Source: an uncultured delta proteobacterium (lineage in GTDB: Bacteria; Desulfobacterota; Binatia; UBA9968). Taken from it: a stretch of 12,335 nucleotides of DNA. Location: assembly GCA_963816145.1 (NCBI GenBank), contig CAWFJP010000028.1, positions 1 through 12,335 on the forward strand, read 5' to 3'. The position numbers and the translations under genes were made by a program. This document shows, piece after piece, positions 1 through 9,220 of the stretch (position 1 is its first letter; every line of letters starts with the position of its first letter). The notes below the pieces were generated by a model, which saw only the letters and a list, made by a program, of their open reading frames with translations, was not told the origin of the DNA and did no database searches.

Positions 1-639
1 TTCTCCAGCGGCAACAGCTTGCGAATATCGTCGAGGGTCGCGACGCCGCCCGAAGCGATGATGGGAATCTCTACGGCGCGGGCGATTTTCAAAGTCTCAT
101 CAAGATTGACGCCGTCTCGCGTTCCGTCGCGGCTGATGTCGGTGTAAATGATGCGCGCCGCGCCGTCCTGTTCGCACCGTTGAGCGAGCTCGACCGCCTC
201 CATGGCGGTGGTTTCTTTCCAGCCTTTGACCGCGACTTTGCCTTGGCGGGCGTCGATGCCGACGACGATCTTGCCAGGAAATTTTTTACACAGAGTTTGC
301 AGCAACGAGGCGTTGTCGTAGGCCGCGGTGCCGATGACCACCCGCGACACGCCTAAATCCAATGCGGCTTGGACCGCAGTCGACGGATCGCAGCCCGCCA
401 CCCAGTTCCACGGACAGACCGCCGACGCCGCAGATCGCGGCGACTTCCTCGGTATGCACCGGCCGGCCCTCCACGGCGCCGTTCAAGTCGACGATATGAA
501 GAAAAGTCGCGCCCTCGCCGCCCCAATGTTTAGCCGCGGCCACCGGATCTTCGAAGTAGACCGTTTCCTGATCCATGTCGCCTTGGAACAAGCGCACGCA
601 GCGGCCGTCCTTCAAATCGATGGCGGGAATGATCAACAT
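1..639 (-). CDS. hisA: HisA, ProFAR isomerase; 3'-partial at window edge, apparent 1-nt frameshift near 378
   Basis: N-terminus MLIIPAIDLKDGRCVRLFQG and HIVDLNGA, ELGGGLRS motifs. Removing one base at ~378 continues the frame as AVQAALDLGVSRVVIGTAA...IVVGIDARQGKVAVKGW...IIYTDISRDGT...IPIIASGGVATLDDI, open to position 1. Confidence 0.93.
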
Positions 640-646
640 AAGAATT

Positions 647-749
647 AAACAATGGAAAATGGATAATTGAAAATGGATAATTTAGGAATTCGAGGTTTCA
701 GACTTTGTCCGATAATTCTCAATTCTCCATTATCCATTATCAATTGTTT
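647..749. repeat. Inverted pair of heptamer tandem arrays forming a long imperfect hairpin between hisH and hisA
   Basis: Left arm 650-682 reads C AATGGAA AATGGAT AATTGAA AATGGAT AATT; right arm 714-746 reads AATTCTC AATTCTC CATTATC CATTATC AATTG. By hand, 27 of 33 positions are complementary, extendable by AAA/TTT. The right arm contains the hisH stop codon. Confidence 0.85.
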
Positions 750-1357
750 TCGACGAACCGCCCAAAGTTAGCAAGTATGCGCAGCCCAAGGTCTTGGCTC
801 TTCTCGGGATGAAACTGGCAGGCGAACAGACTATCGGTGGCGACGCTCGAAACAAACGATTGGCCGTAATCCGTGGTCGTAGCGACGATCGATCGATCTT
901 GCGGCGCGACGTAATATGAATGGACAAAATAAACATAGTCGCCGGTGGAGATACCGTCGAGAAACGGCGAGTCCTTCGCCTTGGCGATGCGGTTCCAGCC
1001 CATATGCGGCACCTTCAGATCGGCGCTGGGATGAAATCCCAATACTTTACCGGGGAATAGATCGAGCCCCTTCTGAGTGCCGAATTCTTCACTCTCCGAA
1101 AACAACAATTGAAATCCCAGACAAATCCCCAGAAACGGCTTTTTCTGCCGGACGATTTCTTGGATCGGTTCGATCAGGCCGAACTTGCCGAGGTTCTCCA
1201 TGCAGGCGCTAAAAGCACCGACCCCCGGCAACACAACGCCGCGCGCCGACTGAATCTGGCCAACATCGCGCGTTACCACCGCGTCGAAACCAACACGCTC
1301 CAAACCTTTCTGCACGCTGCGCAGATTCCCCATCCCATAGTCGATGATCGCGATCAT
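740..1357 (-). CDS. hisH: Imidazole glycerol phosphate synthase glutamine amidotransferase subunit HisH
   Basis: IDYGMGNLRSV, LPGVGAF, GICLGFQLL (catalytic Cys), VPHMGWN, YFVHSY, QFHPEKS motifs; 205 aa. Confidence 0.98.
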   Translation of the reverse strand: MIAIIDYGMGNLRSVQKGLERVGFDAVVTRDVGQIQSARGVVLPGVGAFSACMENLGKFGLIEPIQEIVRQKKPFLGICLGFQLLFSESEEFGTQKGLDLFPGKVLGFHPSADLKVPHMGWNRIAKAKDSPFLDGISTGDYVYFVHSYYVAPQDRSIVATTTDYGQSFVSSVATDSLFACQFHPEKSQDLGLRILANFGRFVENN

Positions 1358-1367
1358 ATTTTCTTAA

Positions 1368-1403
1368 TTGAAACGATTGGAACCCCTGGAACATTTGGAA
1401 CCA
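1368..1403. repeat. Four degenerate 9-nt tandem units in the hisB-hisH spacer
   Basis: TTGAAACGA TTGGAACCC CTGGAACAT TTGGAACCA. Confidence 0.75.
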
Positions 1404-1409
1404 GTCCGT

Positions 1410-1997
1410 TTAGAGACTCCCCTTAGTCGACAACACGCCCTGCACTCGCGGATCGACCTGGGTCGCGCAATCCATCGCCCGGGCGAAGGCCTTGAAGCAA
1501 GCTTCGATGATATGGTGCGGATTCTCGCCGCGCGGCACATCGATATGCAGGTTCATGCCCAACTGATTGGCGAACGCGGCAAAAAACTCATGGGGCAAGT
1601 CGGTGTCGAAATCGCCGACACGCCCTGGGCGAATCTTGACGTTGTACGAGAGATAGGGCCGGCCGCTGAGATCGACCACCACCTTGGCGAGCGTCTCGTC
1701 GAGCGGACAGCTGGCTTCACCGAAGCGGCGAATACCCGCCTTGTCGCCGAGCGCATCTTTGAACGCCTGCCCCAAGGCAAGGCCGACATCTTCCACTGTG
1801 TGGTGATAGTCGACTGCCAAATCGCCCTTGGCCTGGATGTTAATGTTGAAAAAACCATGGCGGCTAAAGGCGTCGAGCATATGGTTGAAAAACGGCATGC
1901 CGGTTTCGATGGCCGCTTGGCCGCTGCCGTCGACGTCCAGATTGATCGTGATGTCGGTTTCTTTCGTTTTCCGCGCAACCTTCGCCGTCCGTCCCAT
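1410..1997 (-). CDS. hisB: Imidazoleglycerol-phosphate dehydratase (monofunctional)
   Basis: [24 protein letters not shown] and [16 protein letters not shown] metal-binding signatures, C-terminal STKGSL; no phosphatase domain. Confidence 0.98.
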   Translation of the reverse strand: MGRTAKVARKTKETDITINLDVDGSGQAAIETGMPFFNHMLDAFSRHGFFNINIQAKGDLAVDYHHTVEDVGLALGQAFKDALGDKAGIRRFGEASCPLDETLAKVVVDLSGRPYLSYNVKIRPGRVGDFDTDLPHEFFAAFANQLGMNLHIDVPRGENPHHIIEACFKAFARAMDCATQVDPRVQGVLSTKGSL

Positions 1998-2020
1998 AAT
2001 TCACTCCCGTTTTGATTTCC

Positions 2021-2041
2021 AACTCGAAACTAGAAACTATT
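2021..2041. repeat. Short heptamer tandem at the hisD-hisB junction, overlapping the hisD stop
   Basis: AACTCGA AACTAGA AACTATT; only three units. Confidence 0.5.
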
Positions 2042-3326
2042 TCTTAAACCGCACTTCCACCGAGCGCGCATGATCGTCCAAGCCTTCCAACCGCGCCAGA
2101 TGGGTGATTTTCGATGCCAACGCTTTAAGGCCGCGCCGCTCGGCGTGGATGATCGTCGTCCGCTTGAGAAAATCATAGGTGCCCAAGGGTGAAAAAAACC
2201 GCGCGCTGCCGCCGGTCGGCAGCACATGATTGGGCCCAGCGAGATAATCGCCCAAGGGCGGCGCCGAATAAGGGCCGAGAAACATCGCCCCGGCGTTGCG
2301 GATCTGCCGCGCCACCTTCTCAGGCTGCCGCACCAACAGTTCGATATGCTCGGGGGCGATGGTGTTAGCCAGCTCGATCATATCTTTTTGCCCGCGCGCG
2401 ACGATGATCGCGCCGTACTTTTGCAGCGAGCGCAGGGAGATCGCCTGGCGCTTGGTGCTCAGCAGCTGCTGTTCCACGGCCTTTTGAATTTTCCGCGCCA
2501 CGGCCATTGACGTCGTCACGCAGAGCGCCGCAGCCAACTCATCATGCTCGGCCTGCGACAGCATATCCGCTGCCACATGAGCCGGATCAGCGGAATCATC
2601 GGCCAAAAGTAAAATCTCGCTCGGCCCGGCGATGGAATCGATATTCACTTCGCCGAACACCATCCGTTTGGCCGTGGCGACGAAGATATTCCCCGGCCCG
2701 ACGATCTTATCGACCTTGGGAATCGTCCGCGTGCCAAAAGCCAACGCGGCGATCGCCTGCGCGCCGCCGATGCGAAAGATTCGATCGACCCCAGCCACAT
2801 GGGCAGCGGCAAGAATAATCGCGCCGTCGACGCCGATGGGCGAAGTCATGACGATCTCTTTGACGCCGGCGACTTTGGCCGGAATCGCATTCATCAACAC
2901 CGTCGACGGATAGGAAGCCTTGCCGCCGGGGACATAGACACCGACCCGTTCGAGAGGCGTAATCCGCTGCCCGAGCACCATTCCCAGCGGATCGCGATAC
3001 TGCCAGCTTTTGACCATCTGACGGCGATGAAAGGCCTCGATGCGTTTGGCGGCAAGTCGCAAGACGGATAAGTCTTTGCGCGAAACTTGCGCGACGGCAG
3101 CGGTGATCTCGGCGGCCGTCACTTCCAGCGTCGCCGCGCGCAAGCGCACATGATCGAACTGCGCCGTATAGCGCAGCACCGCGCGGTCGCCCTGGCGCTG
3201 CACCGCGGTAACGATTTCTTCGACGCGCTTTTCGACATCGCCGGCACGCGTGCCGCGGCGCCCGAGGATTTTCGCCAGTAAGGGCTTAAAGCCGGAATCG
3301 GAAGTTTTTACTAGTCGAATTTTCAT
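2037..3326 (-). CDS. hisD: Histidinol dehydrogenase
   Basis: GVYVPGGKASYPSTVLM, GGAQAIAALAFGT, KIVGPGNIFV, IDSIAGPSE, LSQAEHD, APEHIEL, GDYLAGPNHVLPT motifs. Confidence 0.99.
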   Translation of the reverse strand: MKIRLVKTSDSGFKPLLAKILGRRGTRAGDVEKRVEEIVTAVQRQGDRAVLRYTAQFDHVRLRAATLEVTAAEITAAVAQVSRKDLSVLRLAAKRIEAFHRRQMVKSWQYRDPLGMVLGQRITPLERVGVYVPGGKASYPSTVLMNAIPAKVAGVKEIVMTSPIGVDGAIILAAAHVAGVDRIFRIGGAQAIAALAFGTRTIPKVDKIVGPGNIFVATAKRMVFGEVNIDSIAGPSEILLLADDSADPAHVAADMLSQAEHDELAAALCVTTSMAVARKIQKAVEQQLLSTKRQAISLRSLQKYGAIIVARGQKDMIELANTIAPEHIELLVRQPEKVARQIRNAGAMFLGPYSAPPLGDYLAGPNHVLPTGGSARFFSPLGTYDFLKRTTIIHAERRGLKALASKITHLARLEGLDDHARSVEVRFKK

Positions 3327-3347
3327 ACTACCTGTGAGAATTTCCGT

Positions 3348-3374
3348 CCTTGAACCGTTGAACCTTGAACCGTT
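3348..3374. repeat. 7/8-nt tandem repeat at the murA-hisD junction
   Basis: CC TTGAACCG TTGAACC TTGAACCG TT, immediately downstream of the murA stop. Confidence 0.7.
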
Positions 3375-3376
3375 CT

Positions 3377-4645
3377 TTATCCCGCGACGCGATCAATCTG
3401 CGCGCCCAGTTGGCAAAGCTTCTTTTCAATCTGTTCGTAACCGCGGTCGAGATGATAGACGCGGGCCACTTCGGTGCTGCCACTGGCGACCAGACCGGCG
3501 AGCACCAGCGCCACACTGGCGCGCAAGTCGCTCGCCATCACCGGAGCGCCGGACAGTTCTCTGACGCCGCGCACCACTGCGCGATTGCCTTCGAGCTTGA
3601 TATCGGCGCCCATGCGGTCGAGCTCGGGCACATGCATGAAGCGATTCTCGAAAATCGTCTCGGTGATCACGCTCACACCATCGGATACCGCCATCAGCAC
3701 CATCATCTGCGCCTGCAAGTCGGTGGGAAAACCGGGATAAGGCAAGGTCTTCACATCGACACTCTTGATCCTGCTGCCGCCGCGCACATGGATGCCGCCG
3801 TCGTCGCTCTTCCAGATGACGCCGGCTTCACGGAGCTTGATCAAGAAAGCTTCGAGATGATCGGCGCGCGCGCCCTTGACGTAGACATCGCCGCCACTGA
3901 GCGCCGCAGCGATAATGAAACTGCCGGCTTCGATGCGGTCGGGAATAATTCGGTGGTCTAAACCATGCAATGCGCTCACACCATCGATCCGAATCACATC
4001 GGTACCGGCACCGTGAACTTGCCCGCCCATGGCATTGAGCGCTTTTGCCAGGTCTTCGATTTCCGGCTCTTTGGCGGCGTTTTCAATCACCGTGGCGCCC
4101 TCGGCGAGGGCCGCCGCCATCATGAGATTTTCCGTGGCGCCGACCGACGGCAAGTCTAGATAAATTTTTGCGCCGCGCAGTTTGGTGGCCCGAGCTTCGA
4201 CATAACCATGGGTCTGTTCGATGGTCGCGCCGAGCGCTTCCAAGCCCTTCAAATGCAAATCGATGGGGCGCGCGCCGATGGCGCAACCGCCCGGTGTCGA
4301 CACCCGCGCCCGGCCGAAGCGCGCCACCAGCGGACCGATGACCAAGAACGACGCGCGCATGGTCTTGACCAATTCGTAGGGCGCTTCGAACTTGTCGATG
4401 CGGTCGGCTTGCAGGGTGAGATCGTCGGCGCCGCTGCGCCAGCGCTGGTGCTCGCCCTTCCCGCCGAGGCCGCCGAGCAATCTCAAAATTGTTCGAATAT
4501 CGGCGAGATGGGGCACGCTCCGATAGCTGCAAGGCTCGGCGGTGAGCAGCGATGAAATCAATGTCGGCAGCGCCGCGTTCTTCGAACCGCTGACAGCGAT
4601 CTCGCCGTTCAAGCGTTTGCCGCCTTGTATGACGATCTTATCCAC
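3377..4645 (-). CDS. murA: UDP-N-acetylglucosamine 1-carboxyvinyltransferase
   Basis: [34 protein letters not shown] (active-site Cys type), [36 protein letters not shown]; GTG start. Confidence 0.99.
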   Translation of the reverse strand: MDKIVIQGGKRLNGEIAVSGSKNAALPTLISSLLTAEPCSYRSVPHLADIRTILRLLGGLGGKGEHQRWRSGADDLTLQADRIDKFEAPYELVKTMRASFLVIGPLVARFGRARVSTPGGCAIGARPIDLHLKGLEALGATIEQTHGYVEARATKLRGAKIYLDLPSVGATENLMMAAALAEGATVIENAAKEPEIEDLAKALNAMGGQVHGAGTDVIRIDGVSALHGLDHRIIPDRIEAGSFIIAAALSGGDVYVKGARADHLEAFLIKLREAGVIWKSDDGGIHVRGGSRIKSVDVKTLPYPGFPTDLQAQMMVLMAVSDGVSVITETIFENRFMHVPELDRMGADIKLEGNRAVVRGVRELSGAPVMASDLRASVALVLAGLVASGSTEVARVYHLDRGYEQIEKKLCQLGAQIDRVAG

Positions 4646-4657
4646 TTGATCGCTTCC

Positions 4658-5569
4658 TTAGCTTTTGCCAGGTTCAGCCAAAATCACCCGATCGCGCCCG
4701 GCATAATCCTGAAATATTTCGATCGATCGATACCGCCCGGTTTCGCCGCAAAGCGCCGAAACCGCGCCGGCCATATCGGCGCCGATCTCCAGTGCCAGCC
4801 CCCCCTGCTCGGTTAAATAGTCGGGAGCGGCAGCGGCAATCCGCCGGTAAAAATCGAGGCCGTCGACGCCGCCGTTCAACGCCACGCGCGGCTCCCACCG
4901 GCTCACTTCCGGTGCCAGCGCACCGATTTCGCTACATCGCACATAGGGCGGATTGCTGACGATCAGATCGAATCGAACCGCCGCGCCCGGCGCCAGCGCT
5001 TCGAACAGATCGGCGGTGAAAAATTGCATCCGCGCCGCCACATGATGGGCCTCGGCGTTGCCTCGCGCGATGGCCAAAGCTGCGGGCGAAATATCCGTGG
5101 CGCAGACTTGCGCCGACGGCAACTCGCGCGCCAAAGCGATTGCCACCGCGCCGCTGCCGGTGCACAGGTCAGCGATCCGCAGCGTTTTGGAAGCCGGGAA
5201 GCGCGCTGCGCCTAAGAGCGCGACTTCAACCAAGCGCTCGGTATCCGGTCGCGGAATCAACACATCCGGCGTCACCGTAAAATCGAGCGACCAGAACTCC
5301 TGCGTGCCGGTGATGTAAGCGACCGGTTCCCGGCTTAAACGCCGTTGCAGCAAAGTTTCAAAGCGCTGCGCCGCTGCCGGAGCGCTCAGCCAAGCGCCGG
5401 CAACCAGTAACTGCTCGCGGCTCATGTTCAAACAATGCGCCAGCAACACTTCGGCATCGAGGCGAGGGTTATCAATCCCGCCGGCAGACAAACGCGCCGC
5501 CGCGAGCATCAGCTGGTCGCGCACGCGCCGCCCACCCGCTTCGTTGGCTATGTTGGCAAGCCCGTCCAT
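4658..5569 (-). CDS. prmC: Release factor glutamine methyltransferase PrmC/HemK
   Basis: EPVAYITG, LIPRPDTE, DLCTGSGAVA (SAM-binding) and SNPPY motifs; directly downstream of prfA. Exact start uncertain. Confidence 0.96.
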   Translation of the reverse strand: MDGLANIANEAGGRRVRDQLMLAAARLSAGGIDNPRLDAEVLLAHCLNMSREQLLVAGAWLSAPAAAQRFETLLQRRLSREPVAYITGTQEFWSLDFTVTPDVLIPRPDTERLVEVALLGAARFPASKTLRIADLCTGSGAVAIALARELPSAQVCATDISPAALAIARGNAEAHHVAARMQFFTADLFEALAPGAAVRFDLIVSNPPYVRCSEIGALAPEVSRWEPRVALNGGVDGLDFYRRIAAAAPDYLTEQGGLALEIGADMAGAVSALCGETGRYRSIEIFQDYAGRDRVILAEPGKS

Positions 5570-5582
5570 TGCCGCATGCTGC

Positions 5583-6638
5583 CTACTTGAGCGCCTGAGC
5601 CTGGTAGTGAGTGATCAAAGCGTCGACCACTTCGTCGATCTGCCCCTCCATCACCCGCTCAAGCTGGTAAATCGTCAAATTGATCCGATGATCGGTCAAC
5701 CGCCCCTGAGGGAAATTATAGGTCCGAATGCGCTCGCTGCGGTCGCCGCTGCCGACCATCGATTTTCTTGTCGCGGCGATTTCGGATGCCTGTTCGTCCT
5801 GTTTCTTTTCGAGCAAGCGCGCGCGCAAGATCTTCATGCCCTTGGCACGATTTTTGTGCTGAGACTTTTCGTCTTGGCAGGAAATCACGATACCCGTGGG
5901 GATGTGGGTAATACGCACCGCCGAATCGGTAGTGTTGACGCTCTGGCCGCCCGGACCTGATGAACGAAAGACATCGATGCGAAGCTCCTTCGGATCGATG
6001 GCGATTTCCACCTCATCGGCTTCCGGCAACACCGCGACGGTTACCGCCGAGGTGTGAATGCGTCCCGACCCCTCGGTCACCGGCACGCGCTGCACCCGAT
6101 GCACGCCGCCTTCAAACTTGAGCCGGCTATACGCACCCTGGCCTTCGATGCTGAGGATGATTTCTTTATAGCCGCCCAAACCGGTGGGATTGGAACTCAT
6201 CATCTCGACGCGCCAACCGCGCGACTCGGCGTAGCGCGAGTACATACGAAATAGTTCCGCCGCGAACAAAGCCGCCTCGTCGCCGCCGGTGCCGGCACGA
6301 ATTTCGACGATGACGTTCTTCGCGTCGTTGGGATCTTTTGGCAGAATCAGATACTTGAGCTTGGTTTCGAGGGCCTCTTTGCGCTCGCGTAGATTCGTCA
6401 GCTCTTCCTTGACCAACTCGCGCATCGCTTCGTCGTTTTCATCCATGAGCTGGCGGTTGTCGGCGATCTCTTGCTCGACCTTGCGCCACTCGCGGTAGCA
6501 AACGACGATCTCTTCGAGATCGGAGCGCTCCTTGGCGACCTTGGCATACTCGCGTTGTTGTCCAACCATTTGCGGGTCGGACATCATGCCTTCGAGTTCG
6601 ATATAGCGCTTTTCGACTTCGAGTAATTTATCAAGCAT
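5583..6638 (-). CDS. prfA: Peptide chain release factor 1
   Basis: [23 protein letters not shown] (PxT RF1 motif), SGPGGQSVN (GGQ), [12 protein letters not shown]. Confidence 0.99.
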   Translation of the reverse strand: MLDKLLEVEKRYIELEGMMSDPQMVGQQREYAKVAKERSDLEEIVVCYREWRKVEQEIADNRQLMDENDEAMRELVKEELTNLRERKEALETKLKYLILPKDPNDAKNVIVEIRAGTGGDEAALFAAELFRMYSRYAESRGWRVEMMSSNPTGLGGYKEIILSIEGQGAYSRLKFEGGVHRVQRVPVTEGSGRIHTSAVTVAVLPEADEVEIAIDPKELRIDVFRSSGPGGQSVNTTDSAVRITHIPTGIVISCQDEKSQHKNRAKGMKILRARLLEKKQDEQASEIAATRKSMVGSGDRSERIRTYNFPQGRLTDHRINLTIYQLERVMEGQIDEVVDALITHYQAQALK

Positions 6639-6724
6639 AACTGCGCGTCACTTCACGGCCGGACTATTCGTGCCGACTACGGTCAAACGAGTTTCCCGCT
6701 CCGCCAACCCCCCCTCAGACGAAA

Positions 6725-6765
6725 TAAAAAAGGGCAAAGGGTTGCGAACATGCCCTTTGCCCTTT
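6725..6765 (-). terminator. Intrinsic terminator downstream of rpmE
   Basis: 13-bp perfect stem AAAGGGCAAAGGG (6729-6741) / CCCTTTGCCCTTT (6753-6765), 11-nt loop, ending in TTTTTTATTT on the minus strand. Confidence 0.85.
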
Positions 6766-6801
6766 CTTGTCGCGTTAAAGCCTTCTAGGTCAAATTCAGC
6801 C

Positions 6802-7023
6802 TCAGCCCTCCGCCGGGTTTTGGTTCTGGATGCCGTATTTCTTGCGGAACTTTTCTACCCGGCCGGCGGTGTCGACCAATTTTTGTTTACCGGTAAAGAA
6901 CGGATGGCAATTGGAGCAAATTTCCACGTGGATGTTGCCCACCGTCGAGCGCGTCTCGGTGACATTTCCGCATGCGCAAGTGACCTTAGCCGGCTTATAT
7001 TCTGGATGAATTCCTGCCTTCAT
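6802..7023 (-). CDS. rpmE: 50S ribosomal protein L31, Zn-binding type A
   Basis: [35 protein letters not shown]; SD-like GAGAGG upstream. Confidence 0.98.
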   Translation of the reverse strand: MKAGIHPEYKPAKVTCACGNVTETRSTVGNIHVEICSNCHPFFTGKQKLVDTAGRVEKFRKKYGIQNQNPAEG

Positions 7024-7045
7024 GATTACCTCTCAATGGTCGAGT

Positions 7046-7074
7046 TTTATAACATATCGTCTGGAGGGCTTCAA
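7046..7074 (-). promoter_or_regulatory. Putative sigma70 promoter for rpmE
   Basis: Minus strand TTGAAG (7074-7069), 17 nt, TATAAA (7051-7046), with an extended -10 TG. Confidence 0.65.
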
Positions 7075-7138
7075 TTGGCATAACCCGACAAGCCAAAGTC
7101 CGCGATTCAAGACAATTTCGACCTCGCCATGGAATCGA

Positions 7139-7167
7139 TTGCCAAAAAAGGCGTAAGCTCATAAAAT
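7139..7167 (+). promoter_or_regulatory. Putative sigma70 promoter for the AAA+ ATPase (divergent from rpmE)
   Basis: TTGCCA (7139-7144), 17 nt, TAAAAT (7162-7167). Confidence 0.6.
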
Positions 7168-7241
7168 ACCTCGCATAGCATGGATTAGAAAGACGTAACC
7201 CCAATCATCGGCCAGAGGAAATAGAAAAGGGCAGGAAATCT

Positions 7242-8525
7242 ATGAGCAAGCCAGAACCGACTCAAACCGAAAAACCCGATATCGTTCCGTCCGTCGCACT
7301 AACGGTCGAGAACACCGGCCTCGACTTTGGTTTTCTCGCCGACCTGGCGCTGAAAACCGTCTACGCCGACGCCAATTGCACCACCGAGCGCGCCGCCGAT
7401 AAGATGAAACTCACCATGCCGGTGGTCGAAGAGCTGCTCCAGCACTTATATCGCGAAAAGTTCGTCGAGGTTCGCGGTTTGATCAGCTACGGTAACAACC
7501 GCTACGGCATGCTCGACCGCGGCTGGCAGCGCGCCCAGCAGCTTCTCGGGTTAAACGGTTACATAGGCCCGGCGCCGGTATCGCTGTCCGACTATACCCA
7601 CTCGGTATTGCGGCAAAGCGCCGCGCGCGAATCGATCCAACCCGGCGCCGTGCGCGATGCGATGTCCAACCTGGTATTACCGGAAGACAGCATTCAAACC
7701 CTTGGCTTGGTCGCCAGCTCCAGGCGCAGCCTATTCATGACCGGCCCCGCCGGCAATGGTAAGACCACCATCGCCCTGGCGCTGCATCAAGCCCAGCAGG
7801 GCGAGATCTGGATCCCTTATGCCATCGAGGTCGACGGCCAGATCATCAAAGTATTCGACCTGCACAATCATCAACCTGTCGCCGTCGCCGGCATCGGCCG
7901 CTACGATGAACGTTGGGTTCGGGTCAAGCGGCCGATCATCGTCGTCGGCGGCGAAATGACCATCGACACGATGGATCTGATTTACAGCCAGACTGCGCGC
8001 TTCTACGAAGCGCCATTTCAGATGAAATCCAACGGCGGCACGCTGGTCATCGACGATTTCGGCCGCCAACGGGTCGACCCGCATGATTTGCTCAACCGCT
8101 GGATTGTGCCCCTCGAAGGCAAGGTCGACTATCTGACTCTGCACACCGGCAAAAAGATCGAAGTGCCCTTCGAGCAGCTGCTGATCTTCGCCACCAACCT
8201 GGACCCCGACGACCTAGTCGATGACGCCTTCCTGCGCCGCATGGGCTATCGTCTCTACGTCAACCCGCCGGACAAGGAAATGTACGCCAGGATTTTCAAG
8301 CAATACGTCGAATCGAACGGCTTTGGATACGACCCTAAGTATCTCGATTTCGTGTACCGGCTCTATGACGCCGACAAACGACCGCTGCGTGCCTGCGAAC
8401 CGCGCGACCTGATGCTGCGCTGCGCCGATCATTGCAAGTACGAGAATCTGCCCAAGGCCCTCTCCAACGATATCATTCTGCTGGCCTGGAGGAACTATTT
8501 TGGTGCCGCGCCAACTATTCAATAG
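7242..8525 (+). CDS. Uncharacterised AAA+ family ATPase with an N-terminal extra domain
   Basis: 427 aa; Walker A GPAGNGKT, Walker B-like LVIDDFGRQ, sensor-1 FATN, Arg-finger AFLRRM; SD-like AGGA upstream; host-like codon usage. Confidence 0.88.
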   Translation: MSKPEPTQTEKPDIVPSVALTVENTGLDFGFLADLALKTVYADANCTTERAADKMKLTMPVVEELLQHLYREKFVEVRGLISYGNNRYGMLDRGWQRAQQLLGLNGYIGPAPVSLSDYTHSVLRQSAARESIQPGAVRDAMSNLVLPEDSIQTLGLVASSRRSLFMTGPAGNGKTTIALALHQAQQGEIWIPYAIEVDGQIIKVFDLHNHQPVAVAGIGRYDERWVRVKRPIIVVGGEMTIDTMDLIYSQTARFYEAPFQMKSNGGTLVIDDFGRQRVDPHDLLNRWIVPLEGKVDYLTLHTGKKIEVPFEQLLIFATNLDPDDLVDDAFLRRMGYRLYVNPPDKEMYARIFKQYVESNGFGYDPKYLDFVYRLYDADKRPLRACEPRDLMLRCADHCKYENLPKALSNDIILLAWRNYFGAAPTIQ

Positions 8526-8548
8526 AGGCGTCGAGAGAGCAAAAAACC

Positions 8549-9220
8549 ATGCATGTCGCACTACCCATGTGCCGTTGGGTTTTTCTTAGCTTCGCCCTCT
8601 GGTCGCCAACCGGCTGTAACGCTACCGAGCTAGTCTCGGAACATGCCTTCAAAGAAAAAGTCGAACGGCTGCGGGTCGGCTAGACCAACCGCGCTGAGAT
8701 CGAAGCACTGCTCGGCGCGGCTCAAGTGGTCGAGCGTAATCGCCTGACCTATTATTTTGCCGACACCGAATTTGGCGTCGGCATCCGCCGCTACACACCG
8801 CCCAGCGGCGCGCTGCCAATCAATGCCGGCGCTTTCCCCAGTATTACTCGGGGTGTCGTGTCATAACCGTCGGATTCAATGACGCGGGAAATCTTAAACG
8901 AGTTGCGGTCGAGCGCTACTTCGACCCGCCGATCCTCAACACCTATGCGTATTCGATCAAAAATGCCGCCAAGGAGCAACCTTCGACGCAGTCGAAAGGA
9001 TCGACGCGGCCAACAGTTTCATAACCGTGGACCTGAGCAAAGAAACTGGCACGGTGACGCCGCAGGACAACGAAAGCAAAGATTGGCGTCAAACTTACCG
9101 GCGAAACCCTCGCCCAACTTCCAAGAACCCGCACAGCCGGCTCGCCCCGAATACCCCCTCTACATCAAGCGCGAAACCAATCTCACCACCGCTATCGCTA
9201 GCGTGGACTAGTTGCGTTGA
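8549..9220 (+). pseudogene. Decayed exported/lipoprotein gene with a BamE/SmpA-like N-terminal segment
   Basis: Signal-like start ending in ...ALWSPTGC; KVERLRVG*TNRAEIEALLG with an in-frame TAG at 8681-8683. A GTGTC tandem duplication (8853-8862) shifts the frame, and its removal restores RGVITVGFNDAGNLKRVAVERYF. Further apparent shifts near 8980 and 9080-9150. Confidence 0.6.

Noticed and set aside
370-390. Programmed frameshifting in hisA
   Set aside because: No slippery sequence or stimulatory signal is visible, and I know of no precedent for hisA; error or mutation is simpler.
328-6498. Many plus-strand ORFs (e.g. 1368-2015, 3365-3961, 5424-5960) and alternate-frame minus ORFs
   Set aside because: Shadow ORFs of well-conserved GC-rich housekeeping genes, with no recognisable motifs.
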